This document shows positions 25,690 to 38,774 of a stretch of DNA of 64,000 bases, piece by piece. A model generated the notes under the pieces. That model ran no database searches. It saw nothing but the letters and a program-made list of their open reading frames with translations, and was not told the origin of the DNA. Source of the DNA: Squalus acanthias (taxonomy: Eukaryota). The translations under genes and the position numbers were made by a program. Positions within the stretch are counted from its first letter, which is position 1. Each line of letters begins with the position of its first letter. Location of the stretch: positions 144,958,001 to 145,022,000 of the forward strand of contig CM059431.1 in the NCBI GenBank assembly GCA_030390025.1, in the 5' to 3' direction.

Positions 25690-26883
25690 ACAGTTCTCCT
25701 CCTGGGCTACTGGCACTGTACACTTACGCTAGATGTGTCCGTACTCATCAGGTACTAGTACCATGCCTACACTGGAGTTGAACGTGCTGCTATGGTAATA
25801 GTAGTAGCACTACACTCACACCACTATTGACAGAGCTCCTCCGGTACTAGTGGAAACCCCCCTCATACACTATATGAGCATGTGCTCCTCCTGTCCCAGT
25901 GTTACCCCTACACTGACACTAGATGTGACCGTGCCCCTCCTGTCCCAGTGTTACCCCTACACTTACACTAGATGTGACCCTGCCCCTCATGTCCCAGTGT
26001 TACCCCTACACTTACACTAGCTGTGATCGTGTCCCTCCTATCCCAGTGTTACCCCTACACTGAGACTAGATGTGACCGTGCCCCTCCTGTCCCAGTGTTA
26101 ATCCTACACTTACAATAGATGTGATCGTGCCCATCCTGTCCCAGTGCTAGCCCTACACTTACACTAGATTTGTGCAAGCTCCTCTGGTAATAGTGGTATC
26201 AGTAAAATTACACCAGTGGTGAAAATTGTCCTCCAGTACCAGTGGTAACCCTACACTTACACTAGATGTGACTGTGCTCCTCCGGTACTAGTGGTATCCC
26301 TATATTTACATTAAGTTTGACTGTGCTCCTTCGGTACTAGTGATACCCCTACACTAAGACCAGATTTAACCGTGCTCCTCCCATACTTGTGGTCCCCGAC
26401 ACGTACGCGTGCTGCTCAAAAAGCTGTGCTGGCACTTTATGTGACCTTGCTCGTCTGGTACTTGTTGTACATACACTTATACTACAGAGGAGCATTCACT
26501 CGTGGCATGCCTACACTTACACTTACAGTGACAGTCCTCCTCCGGTGCTCGTGGAATCACTACACTAACACTAGTGTTGACCGTGTTCTACCTACACTAG
26601 TGGTAACTTACACTTTACTAATGTCAATCGTGCTGCTCCTAAACTGGTCGTAACCTACACTAACACTAGTGTTGAACATGCTCATTCTACACTAGTGCTC
26701 ACCTACACTAACACTAGCGGTGACCGTGCTCCTCCGGTACAAGTAGTACCGCTACACTTAAACTAGGTGTGACCATGATGCTCTTGTATTAGTGGTACCC
26801 CTATAATTACACTGGAAATAACAGTGCTCCTCCGATACTAGTGATACTCCTACATTTACACTAGTAGTGACCGTGCTCCTTCA
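25690..26883 (-). repeat. Short array of the 48/49-bp satellite family upstream of GPCR B
   Basis: About 6 copies of the 49-mer (25880-26170), about 4 of the 48-mer (26555-26740), plus degenerate units. Confidence 0.8.
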
Positions 26884-28275
26884 AAGCGCTGGCCATCAAG
26901 CCCTGTATATTTAAATCTCATTTTCCAGCACTTGGACCGTAGCCTTGTATGCTATGGCGTTTCAAGTGCTCATCTAAATGCTTCTTGAATATTGTGAGGG
27001 TTCCTGCCTCTACCACCCTTTCAGGCAGTGAGTTCCAGATTCCAACCACCCTCTGGGTGAAAAAGTTTTTCCTCAAATCCACGCTAAACCTCCTGCTCCT
27101 TATCTTGAAACTATGCCCCCTGGTTATTGACCCCTCTACTAAGGGGACAAGTTCCTTTCTATCTACCCTATCTATGCCCCTCATAATTTTGTACACCTCA
27201 ATCAGGTCCCTCCTCTGCCTTCTTTTCTCCAAGGAAAACAATCCCAGCCTGTCCAGTCTCTCTTCATAGCTGAAGCGCTCCAGCCCAGGTAACATCCTGG
27301 TGAATCTCCTCTGCACCCTCTCCAATGCAATCACATCGTTCCTATAATGTGGCGAACAGAACTGCACACAGTATACCAGCCGTGACGTAACTAGCGTTTT
27401 GTACATATCTAAATCATTAATGTACACTACAAAATGCAATGTACCCAGCGCCGATCCCTGCGGTACACCACTGGACGCAGGCTTCCAGTCACAAAAACAA
27501 CCTTCGATCATCACCCTCAGCCTCCTGCCACTAAGTCAATTGTGGATCCAACATGCCAAATTGCCCTGAATCCCATGGACTGTTACCTTCTTGACCAGTC
27601 TCCCATGTGGGACTTTGTTAAATGCCTTACTGAATTCAATGTAGACTACATCAACTGCAGTACCCTAATCCACACACCTAGTCACCGACTCGAAAAATCC
27701 AATCAAATTGATCAGACATGATCTCCCCCTGGCAAAGCCATGCTTACTATCGCTGATTAATCCCTACCTCTCCAAGTGGAGACTAATTCTGTCCCTCAGA
27801 ATTGCTTCCAATAATTTCCCTACCACTGATGTTAGGGTCACTGACTAGTCATTCACTGGTTTATCCCCACTACCCTTCTTGAACCATTGTACGACGTTAG
27901 CTGTTCTCCATTCCTCTGGCACCTCCCCTGTGGCCAGAGAGGTTTTGAAAATTTGTGTCAGAGCCCCTGCAATCTCCTCCCTTGCCTCATAAAGCAGCCT
28001 GGGATACATCCCGTCAGGGCCTGTGGATTTATTCACTTTTAAGCCCGCTAAAACCGCTAGTACCTCCTCCCTCTCAATACTAATTTGTTCAAGTATATCA
28101 CAATCCCCCTGCCTGATTTCTATGCCTACATCACCCTTCTCCATAGTGAACACAGATGCAAAATATTCATTTAAAACCTCACCTACATCTTCTGGCTCTA
28201 CACACAGATTGCCACTTTGGTCCCTAATGGGCCCAACACTTTCCCTGGTTATCCTCTTGCTCTTAATATACTTAT
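26884..28275 (-). mobile_element. CR1 LINE ORF2 fragment (second subfamily), internally deleted at ~27405
   Basis: ORFs 27845-28153 (KSTGPDGMYPRLL) and 26918-27514 (SGVPQGS..YINDLD fused to MYKTLV). Confidence 0.88.
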
Positions 28276-28484
28276 TGATGTAAGAAAACTACTAGGCACT
28301 TGGTCTAAGTGTTAAACAAAGCTTTAATCAACTGGTTTTCAACATGGAGCTCTAGTTGTGTCCTTTGCTAGTTCCTGTTGAGGCATGTCCTAAGCAAGCT
28401 GGGCTCATGCCCGAGTATTTATACTCTCCCTCGACAGCGCCATCAGCAGGCCACCCAGTATTACTTCATACAAGATTCATGTCA
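28276..28484 (-). repeat. Gypsy 3' LTR (209 bp)
   Basis: TG..CA ends, TATAAATA, ATTAAA; preceded by a purine-rich GGCGGAAGAA (PPT). Confidence 0.9.
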
Positions 28485-30921
28485 TTCTTCCGCCTGAAAG
28501 TTTGCAAGTCCGGCGGCTTCCTTCTACCGAATTAGCCGGACTAAGATTAGACGCAGTCATTTGGATTTCCATTGGAGGCCGGAAGGCACGTCTCCTCGGA
28601 CTGTGTTTTGGTCGCTGGGTCACTTGGTTCGTACCGGCGGGCTGACAGAGCTCGTGTCGCCTCGATCGACCTGAGGGGGACTGGGGAGATCATTTCTCTG
28701 GGTGCGGGTCCCCACCAGTGCAGAACTGGCATCATCCTGCTCAGTAGCCGGTGATTGACCGGCGTCCTGGCTTCGGGTGGCCATCCAGCGGGGAGCGCTC
28801 TGTTCCCCGGGTTGATCCAGCAAAGTAGCTGGTAGATCCCTTGATGTCCCGGGTAGGGCGTCATTCTCGGAGGAGCGCGGAGTATCGGCGTCGTTAATAC
28901 GGATCTCTCTATTGATTGGGTCCGTCGGACCGGTTGGGCAGGGAGCCAGATCCCGAAGTGAAACTGTGGACTCCCGGCCATCAGGGTACCGCACGTATGC
29001 ATATCTAGGATTGACATCCGTTAGTTCCACCTTATCGACGAGGGGATCCCTCACGGAGCCAGGAGCTGCCAACCATGATGGTAGGGACGTCCCATGAGTG
29101 GAGCGACGCTGGAACCCGAATAATCGTTCGTGAGGAGTAACATTGGTGGATGTAGAAAGAGGAGACCTGATGGAATGCAACGCATCAGGGAGCATAGTTT
29201 CCCACTGCTGGTCTGGTAGATTGCGTGACCTCAGTGCAAGATGAACAGTGTTCCAAATGACAGCATTGTATCTCTCAACCTGTCCGTTTCCAACAGGATG
29301 ATACGGTGTCCATTCACTTGTGGCGATTCTGCGTTGGGAAAGATAACTTTTGAGTTCACTTGACATGAAGGAGAGACCCCGATCAGAGTGGATGAAATTG
29401 GCCATACCGCAAAGGGAAAAGACCTGATCGAGGCATTTGATCACTGTGGAAGTAAGCATATTGGGACAGGGGAAAGCAAAGGGAAAGCGTGAATATTCAT
29501 CCACCATAGTAAGCAAGTAGGTGTTTCACGTTGAGGAAGGCAATGGCCCTTTAAAGTCAATGCTGAGTCGCTGCATAGGCTGTGTAGCGTGTATGAGTGA
29601 GCCATCCGACGGACGAAAGAATTGCCGTTTTAATACCGATCAAATTCTACAAGTGGATCATGTTCTTTCTATGTCTTCCGTAGAAAATCTGAGATTTTTA
29701 GATCGCACAAAGTGCAACATACGGGTAACGCCAGGATGGCATAAGTCAGTATGAAGATCCGCAAGAGTCGAAGTTGATATGGAAGAGCAGAATACAAGCA
29801 TGAGGGTATCCGGGGCCACATTCACTTGCCGGGTCGATATTGTATGGTGTAGCCAAAAGCGGCCAATTCCATCCTCCAGAGCTGTATTTTGTTATTCTTG
29901 ATTTTAGTGCATTTCCGGTTATCCAGCATAAAGGCCACCGAGCACTGATCGGTTATGAGCGTGAAATGGCGACGGGCAGGAAAATGACTCCATTTTCATA
30001 GTGCCTCAATGATAGCCACAGACTCCTTCTCGACAGGAGGGTAATGGAGGTCGCTACCCTGCAAAGTTCTAGACAGAAAGGCAACGGGTCGACCGCCTTG
30101 ATTCAAGGTAGCCGAGATCGCCACCTCCGATGCATTGCACTCGACCACGAAAGGGAAACTTTCATCGATGGAATGAAGAGCGGCTTTTTCCAGTTGTTGC
30201 TTGAGGAGGTCGAAAGCTGATCTAGCCCTCGCCGCCAACGGAAATTACTTTGCGTGAAGCAGGGGCTGGATGTTGTCAGAAAAGTGAGGTATCCACTTCG
30301 CATAATAGGCGAACATGTCGAGGGCCCGACGAAGAGAGCTGAGATTCGTAGGAGGAGGGAGCTCCTGAAGCGGACGAAGTCACTCCGGATCCGGTTTGAT
30401 GACACCATTGCCCACCCAGTAGCCAAGGATGTTGACTGATGGTACTGATTTCACAGATTTGAACTCATTTAAGGTTAAGTTGCGACGACGGAGAACGTCA
30501 AGAAATTTCTGGAGGTTGGCATCATGCTCCTTCTGATCATGAGCAGCAATGGTTATATTACCAAGATATGGAAAAGTGTCTGTTAAGTTCTCCTGTTTGA
30601 CTAGGCTATCCAATGCCCGTTGAAAGACGGCCACCCCATTGGTGACCCCGAATGGAAGGCGATGAAACTGGTAAAGCAGACCATTGGCCTCTAAAGCCGT
30701 ATACCTTTCATCAGAGTCCTTTACCGGTACTTGATGGTATGCGCTCTGTAAGTCAAAAGTTGAAAATACCTTGTAGTTAACAAGGTTATTGACCATGTCA
30801 TCGATGCGTGCTAGTGGGTAGGCATCCAGGTCGGTATACTGGTAAATATTTTGCGAGTAGTCGATGCAAAGACGTTTCTTGCGTTACTTCAGAGAATTAT
30901 TAACAACGACGACTTGAGCCC

Positions 30922-31309
30922 TTCGAAACATAGAAACATAGAAGATAGGAGCAGGAGTAGGCCTTTCGGCCCCTCGAGCCTGCTCCGCCATTCAATGAGA
31001 TCATGGCTGATCATCCAAATTCAGTACCCGGTCCCTGCCTTTTCCCCATATCACTTGATCCCTTTAGCCTTAAGAAATATATCTAACTCCTTCTTGAATA
31101 TATTTAATGAATTGGCCTCCACTGCCTTATGTGGTAGAGAATTCCACAGGTTCACCACTCTCTGGGTGAAGAAATTCCTCCTCATCTCTGTCCTAAATGG
31201 CTTACCCCTTATCTTTAGACAGTGACCCCTGGTTATGGGCTCCCCGACCATCGGGAACATCCTTCCTGCATCTAGTCTGTCTAGTCCTGTTAGAATTTTA
31301 TGAGTTTCA
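30922..31309 (-). mobile_element. 5'-truncated CR1 3' end inserted into the Gypsy RT
   Basis: GAAACATA tail repeats; ORF 31051-31341; TTGAGCCC duplicated at 30914-30921 and 31310-31317. Confidence 0.88.
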
Positions 31310-32853
31310 TTGAGCCCGCCAGGAAGATGAACATTGCCCAATGATACCGTCAGCTAGAAGGCGAGAGATCTCTGCCTCGATAAAGGAAAGGTCATCTTGG
31401 CTGAAACGTCGTGATTTAGTGGCTATGTGCTTACATCGGGGGGAAAGATTGGCAAACAAGGAGGACTCGTCGAGTGAAGCCGCCGAAAGTGCACAAAACG
31501 GTACTTTGGAAATAGTAAGCTCCGGCTTTGATCCTCCAAACTCGAAAGTGAGTCTTTCGTGTTGTTTCTGGTAATCCTGTCACAGGAGCACATCACTGCA
31601 TAGGTTTTTGAGCACCCCGAGCCGGGTAGAGAAATAAGTGCGGCCATTAAGAATAAGGTCGACAAGACAAAAGCCGGCTGAGTTAGTAGTCAGTGTCGTC
31701 AGTGCCATTGCAATTTCCCTGTCCGAGGCGTAAATACGCAGTTTTAACTTACTGACAGCCTGCTCACTGATGAAGCTGTCAGAGCTGCATGAGTCGAATA
31801 ATGCACTCAAAATGTGTCCATTTACCGAAACCTTTGTGGCTGCATGGGACAGGCTTTGGGGAAAACAGCTGTGATAGGAGATGGGGCAGTTTTATCCTTG
31901 ACAGCTGTAACATTAGTAGTGGCTCTAGGGGGAGGAGAAGCTTTATAGATGACAGCTGTAACATTAGTCGTGCCTCTTGACTGACATACTTTCGAGAAGT
32001 GGCGTCTCTTACTGCAATGATTGCAGATTGCATTACGAGCAGGACAAAATTTCCTATAATGAAATGCAACTCCACAGAAGAAACACTTACTTATAGATTG
32101 CCAAGATGCCGCTAGGGTAGGGTCGTCATCAGCTAGGATAGAATCGTCATCAGTGAGGGCTTCCACCTGAGGCTTATCGAAGGTGTCACTAAAAGTGATA
32201 GCAGCAGCCCGTGCATGTGGTAAAAGAAAGGCATCTGCATTTTTTTTTGCCCAAGTATTGAGAATATGCCTGGTCATAGGCAGCTTGTAACTCGAGGGTT
32301 TTATTCTCCAGCAGACGCTGGCATATGAAGGGAGACTCAATTCCATTAATAAAAGAATCACGAATTAACTCCTCCTGGTACTGCTCAGCTGAGACAGCAT
32401 TGAGATTACAATCTTTGCTGAGCCAGCGATGCTTTTGAAGGAATTCGTCAAGTGATACCCCGGGTTGTTGTCGAGTTGTGGCCAGTAGGTGGGGAGCAAA
32501 AATTTCGTTTGGGGCCTTAACATATAGTTGCTGTAGTATTCGCATAGCGGAGTCATAGTTTACACACTCTTCGATATAGTCAAACACATAAGGGGATACA
32601 TAACTGGCAAGTATCTCTAACTTATCAGGAACATTCTCACCACATGCCCTGAGGTAGTTGCTGAAGGTACAATACCAGTGTTTCCATACGTTAGCAGTTG
32701 TAGGTGAATTCGGGCCCAGGTCAAGACGAGCGGGTCGGAGTAGTTTCTCCATGATGGATTGATTACTATCTCTGATTCCCTTCTACAGTTTGAGTCCTAG
32801 CTGTCTGTTCCCAAAACTACTCAGAGCGTGGAGCAGGTTTCAGTTGATTAAAT

Positions 32854-33071
32854 TGATGTACGAAAACTACTAGGCACTTGGTCTAAGAGTTAAACAAATC
32901 TGTAATCAACTGTTTTTCAACATGGAGATCTAGTTGTGTCCTTTTCTAGTTTCTGTTGAGGGATGTCCTTAGCAAGCTGGGCCCATGACCGAGTATTTAT
33001 ACTCTCCCTGGAGAGCGCCATCAGCAGGCCGCCCAGTATTACTTCATACATGAATGACAAGATTCATGACA
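32854..33071 (-). repeat. Gypsy 5' LTR (218 bp)
   Basis: Direct repeat of 28276-28484 with about 16 substitutions (hand count) and one 9-bp indel. Confidence 0.9.
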
Positions 33072-36000
33072 GTTAGTATAGGGTCACCATCTGTAATGTT
33101 AGAGTAGGGTCACCACCTGTAATGATAAAGTACGGTTACCACCAGTAATGATAATGTAGGGTCACCACCAGTAATGATAGAGTTGGGTTTCCACCAGTAA
33201 TGTTAGAGTAGGGTCACCAGAATAATATTAGTATAGGGTCATCCCGCATTAATGTTAGTCTAGGGTCACCACCACTTATGATAGAGTAGAGTCACCACCA
33301 ATAATGGTAGTGTAGGGTCACCACTAGTAATGTTAGAGTAGGGTCACCACCAATAATGTTAATGTTGGGTCACCACCTGTAATGTTTCAGTAGGGTCACC
33401 ACCAGTAGTGTTAGTGTAGGGTCAGCACCAGTAATGATATAGCAGATTCACCACCAGTAATGTTAGGGCAGCGTCACCAGCAGTAATGTAAGAGTAGGGT
33501 AACCACATGTACTGTTAGAGTAGGATCACTTCCAGAAATATTGGAGAAAGGTCACCACCACTAATGTTAGATTCGGGACACCATCAGTCTTAGAGTAGAA
33601 TAAACACAAGTAATATTACAGCAGCGTTGCTGCCATTAACGTTTTAGTTGTGTCAACAGCAGTAAAATTAAAGTGGATTCACCCTCACTAATGTTAGTGC
33701 GGGTTACGTCTAATGATGTTAAATTAACATCAACACCAGTAATGTTAGATTAGGGTCACCACCAGTAACGATAGAATAGGGTAACCACCAGTAACGATAG
33801 TGTAGGCTCACCACCAGTAATGTTAGAGTTGGGTCAACAACATTAATGAAAGATTAGAGTCATCACCAATAATATTAGAGTAGGGTCATCATCAGTAATA
33901 TTCGAATAGAATCACAGCCAATAATGTTACAGTAGTCTCAACACCAGTAATGCTAGAAGAGGGTCAACTCGAGATATGTTAGAGTAGGGTCACCACTAGT
34001 AATGATACAGTAGAGTCACCACGAGATATGTTAGAGCAGAGTCACCACCAGTAATGTTAGAGTAGGGTCACCACGACATATGTTAGAGTAGGGTCACCAC
34101 CAGTAATGATAAAGTAGGGTCACCACCAGTAATTATAGAGTAGAGTCATCACCAGTAATATTAGAGTAGGGTCATCACTAGTAATATTCGAATAGAATCA
34201 CCGTCAATAATGTTAGAGTAGTCTCACCACCAGTAATGTTAGAGTAGAGTCACCACCAGTAATGGTAGAGTCGGGTCACCACGAGATATGTTAGAGTAGT
34301 CTCACCACCAGTAATATTAGATTAGGGTCAACACCAGTAATGGTAGAGTCGGGTCACCACGAGATATGTTAGAGTAGGGTCACCACCAGTAATGACAAAG
34401 TAGGGTCACCACCAGTAATGATAGAGTAGGGTCACCACGAGATATGTTAGTTTAGGGTCACCACCAGTAATGACAAAGTAGGGTCATCACCAGTAATATT
34501 AGAGTAGGGTCATCACTATTAATATTCGGATAGAATCACCGCCTATAATGTTGGAGTAGTCTCACCACCAGTAATGTTAGAGTAGGGTCACCACGAGATC
34601 TGTTAGAGTAGATTAACCACCAGTAATGTTAATGTAGGGTCACCACGAGATATGTTAGAGTAGAGTAACCACCAGTAATGTTAGTGTAGGGTCACCACGA
34701 GATATGTTAGAGTAGAGTCACCACCAGTAATGTTAGAGTCGGATCACCACGAGATATGTTTGAGTAGGATCACCACCAGTAATGATAAAGTATAATCACC
34801 ACCAGTAATGATAGAGTAGAGTCATCACCAGTAATATTAGAGGCTCATCACCATTAATATTAGAATAGAATCATCGTCAATAATGTTAGAGTAGAATCAC
34901 CAGCAGTAATGTTAGAGAGGGGTGAACGCCAGTAATGTTAGAATAGCCTCACCGCCAGTAATGATAGTGTAGGGTCACCACCAGTAATGTTAGAGTAGGG
35001 TCACCACCAGTAATGTTAGAGTAGGTTCATCCCCAGAAATGTTAAAATAGGATCACCACCAGTAATGATAGAGTGGGGCCAGCATCAGTAATGTTAGATT
35101 AAGGTCATCACCATTAATGTTAGAGTAGGGTCACCATCATTGATGATAGAATAGGATCACCACCAGTAATGTTAGCGTAGGGTCATCACCAAAAATATTT
35201 GAATAGGATTAACGCCACTAATGATAGGATAGGGCCAACACCTTTAATGTTAGAGTATAGTTACCATCAGTAAAGTTAGAGTGGGTCGCCGCCAAATAGT
35301 TAGATTATTATCACCACCATGTTAGAATAGGATTAACTCTATTCATTTTAGAGTGCGATCACCAGCAGTAATGTTAGACTACAGTATTCATCAGTAACGT
35401 CAGAGTATGGATACCACATGTAAATTTAGAGCAGATGCTCCACCAATAATATTGGAGTAAGGACAACACCACTAATGTTAGATTCGGGTCACCATAAGTC
35501 TTAGAGTAGAATAAACACAATTAATATTACAGTAGCTTTGCCGACATTAACGTTTTAGTAGTGGCAGCAGCAGTAAAATTAGAGTTGTTTCACCATCACT
35601 AATATTAGTGCGGGGTCACGACTATTGATGTTAAATTAACATGAACACCAGTAATGTTAGAGTCGGGTCGCCACAAGTAATGTTAGATTAGTGTCACCGC
35701 CATTAATGTTAGAGTACGGTCACCACCAGTAACGATAGAGTAGGCTCACCACCAGTAATGTTAGAGTAGGGTCACCACCAGTAATGATAGAGTAGGGTCA
35801 CCACCAGTAATGATAGAGTAGGGTCATCACAGGTAAAATTAGAGTAGGGTCATCACCAGTAATATTAGAGTACGGTCATCACCAGTACTGTTAGAGTAGG
35901 GTCACCACCAGTAATGATAGAGTAGGGTCATCATAGGTTATATTCGAGCAGGGTCATCAACAGTAATGATAGAGTAGGGTCATCGCCAGTAATGTTAGAG

Positions 36001-38375
36001 TCGGGTCATCACCAGTAATATTAGAGAAGGGTCAAAACCAATAATGTTAGAGTCGGGTCCTCACCAGTAAATTTAGAGTAGGGTCACCACCAGAAATGTT
36101 AGAGTAGGGTCACCACCAGTAATGATAAAGTAGGGTCATCAGCAGTAATGTTATTGTTGGGTCACCACCAGTAATGTTAGAGTAGGGTCACCACCAGTAA
36201 TGTTAGAGTAGGGTCACCACCAGTAATGTTAGAGTAGCATCACCATCAGTAATTTTAGAGTAGAGGCACCACCAGTAATGATAGAGAAGGGTCTTCAACA
36301 GTAATATTAGAGTAGCGTCATCACCAGTAATATTAGAATAGAATCACCGCCAATAATGTTAGAGTAGAGACACCACCAGTAATGTTAGAGTCGGGTCATC
36401 CCCAGTAATGTAAACGTAGGGTCAGCGACAGTAATGTTACAGTAGGGTCACCACCAGTAATAATAGTGTGGGTTCACAACCAGTAATCTTAGAGTAGGGT
36501 CACCACCAATAAGGTTAGTGTAGGGTCACCACTAGTAATGTTGGAGTAGGGTCACCACCATTAATGTTTGAGTAGGGTCACCAAAAGTAATGATAGAGTA
36601 GGCTCGCCAGCAGTAATGTTAGAGTAGGATGACCACCAGTGATGATATAGTAGAGTCATCACCAGAAATGTTACTGTAGGGTCACCAATAGTAATGTTAG
36701 TATAGGGTCACCACTAATAATGTTAGATTAGGGTCACCAGCTGTAATGTTAGTGTAGGGTCAACACAATTATGTTAGTGCAGGGACACTACCAGTAATGT
36801 TGAAGTAGGGTCACCACCAGTAATGTTAGTGTAGGGTCAGCACCAGTAATGGTAGTGTCGAGTCACCACCAGTAATGTTAGGGTAGGGTCACCAACAGTA
36901 GTGTTAGATTAGGGTCACCACCAGTAAAGTTAGAGTAGGGTCATCACCAGAATGTTAGGATCGACTCACCACCAGTAATGATAGAGTAGGGCCACCATCA
37001 GTAATGTTAGATTCAGGTCATCACCATTAATGTTCGAGTAGGATCACCGCCATTAATATTAGTGTACTATCCCCAACTTAATGTTAGTGTAGGGTCAACA
37101 CCAATAATATTTGAATAGGATTACCGCCAGTAATGATAGGATAGGGCTAACACCATTAATGTTAGCGTATAGTTACCATCAGTAAAGTTAGAGTGGGTCG
37201 CCGCCAAATTGTTAGATTATTATCACCACCATGTTAGAATAGGATTAACACTATAAATTTTACAGTGCGATCACCAGCAGTAATGTTAGAGTACAGTACT
37301 CATCAGTAACATCAGAGTATGGAGACCACATGCAATGTTAGATTAGATGCACCACCAATAATATTGGAGTAATGTCACCACCACTAATGTTAGATTCGGG
37401 TCACCATCAGTCTAAGAGTAGAATAAACACAAGTAATATTACAGTACGATTGCTGCCATTAACGTGTTAGTAGTGTCAACATCAGTAAAATTAGAATAGA
37501 TTCACCATCACTAATGTTAGTGCGGGTCACGACTATTGATGTTAAATTAACATCAACACCAGAAATGTTAGAATAGAACCATCGCCAGTAATGTTAAAGT
37601 AGATTCACCACAGTAATGTTAGAGTAGGGTCTACACCAGAAATGTTACAGCAGGGTCACCCCCAGTTATGATAGTGTAAGTTCACCACCAGTAATGATAG
37701 AGTAGAGTCACCACCAGTAATGTTAGAGCTGGGTCTTCACCAGTAATGCTAGAGTAGGTTCACCCACCTGTAATGATAGAGTAGGGTCACCACCAGTAAT
37801 GATAGAGTTTTGTCACCACCAGTAATGTTAGAGTAGGGTCACCACTAGTAATGTTAGAGTAGTGTCACCACCAGTAAGGATAGATTGGGGCCACCATCAT
37901 TAATGATAGAGTAAGGTCATCAGCATTAATATTAGCGTAGGGTCACCACCAGTAATGTTTGAATAGGATCACCGCCAATAAATTCAGAGTAGTATCAACA
38001 CCAGTTATGTTAGTGTAGGGTCATCACCAATAATATTTGAATAGGATTACCGCCAATAATGTTACGACAGAGCCAACACAATTAATGTTAGCCTATAGCT
38101 ACCATCAGTGACGTTAAAGAGGTATCATCCATCAGTAATGTTAGAGTAGGGCATCACCAGTAATGTTCGAGTGTGGTCAGAATTTGTAATGCTAGATTAA
38201 TGTCACCACCGGTAATGTTAGAGTAGCGTCCCCACTGCTAATGTTGGAGTAGATTCACCACCAGTAATGTTAGAATAACATCACCACCATGAATGTTAGA
38301 ATATGATCATTATTGTTAGTGTTAAAGTAGGATCATCACCAGCCATGTTCGAGCTAAGTCACCACTAGTAATCAT
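33072..38375 (+). repeat. 26-bp tandem satellite array (~5.3 kb, ~200 units), consensus AGTAGGGTCACCACCAGTAATGTTAG
   Basis: Period read directly (e.g. 36181 to 36207). Ends ~400 bp upstream of the GPCR C ATG. Confidence 0.95.
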
Positions 38376-38620
38376 TACAGTACATAACAAATTTAATTTA
38401 TGCAATGAATGACTGATGTTTTCAGAGAATTAAAATGAGGTCACAAGAACTAACGCGGTGTCCGGGAGGGATGTTCCCTTCAGCGTTCAGGGGGTATGCA
38501 CAGAAAACATTCTCTCTGGGATTACTTTCCGCTCAATAATTTTAATGAATGAGTTTCATGGACTGAGCTTTACAATTTCCCCAGTGGTGGCCCGGGCGCA
38601 CTAAAGTGGAAAATCGCTCG

Positions 38621-38645
38621 TTTGTTAAGTGACTGTAACTAACGC
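38621..38645 (+). promoter_or_regulatory. Conserved upstream motif of GPCR C
   Basis: TTTGTTAAGTGACTGTAACTAACGC, 130 nt upstream of the ATG, in a flank otherwise poorly alignable to A/B/D. A TATAAAT follows at ~38691. Confidence 0.55.
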
Positions 38646-38774
38646 CACTTATTGTGTCACCTTATTTCCTCACCGGGGCAATGATTTTTGTATAAATTGG
38701 GAGCATTTAGGGATCTCAGATAAACTCCAGTCGGAACCGTAAAGCGGGACAGAATTCACACATTCTTCAAAAAA

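Larger units (their letters stand above)
19025..26883 (-). repeat. Segmental-duplication unit containing GPCR B; ~20930-26883 is an inverted copy of 53039-64000 and 19025-21960 an inverted copy of 465-3420
   Basis: Collinear reverse-complement similarity through satellites, promoter, intron, exon 2 and 3' flank. Confidence 0.85.
28276..33071 (-). mobile_element. Ty3/Gypsy LTR retrotransposon, full length but decayed (gag-PR-RT-RNaseH-IN)
   Basis: LTRs at 32854-33071 and 28276-28484. gag MEKLLRPARLDL with CFFC/CNHC knuckles; protease ALFDSCS; RT DLQSAYHQ..LPFGV; RNase H ECNASEVAI; integrase VDEYSRF..HSDRG..NGQVERYN. The domain order is Gypsy-type. Confidence 0.95.

Noticed and set aside
28620..29516. 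298-aa integrase ORF as a domesticated gene
   Set aside because: It lies within an LTR-bounded Gypsy element whose other domains are frameshifted.
33072..38375. CRISPR-like appearance of regular short repeats
   Set aside because: The units are head-to-tail with no unique spacers, there are no cas genes, and the context is eukaryotic.
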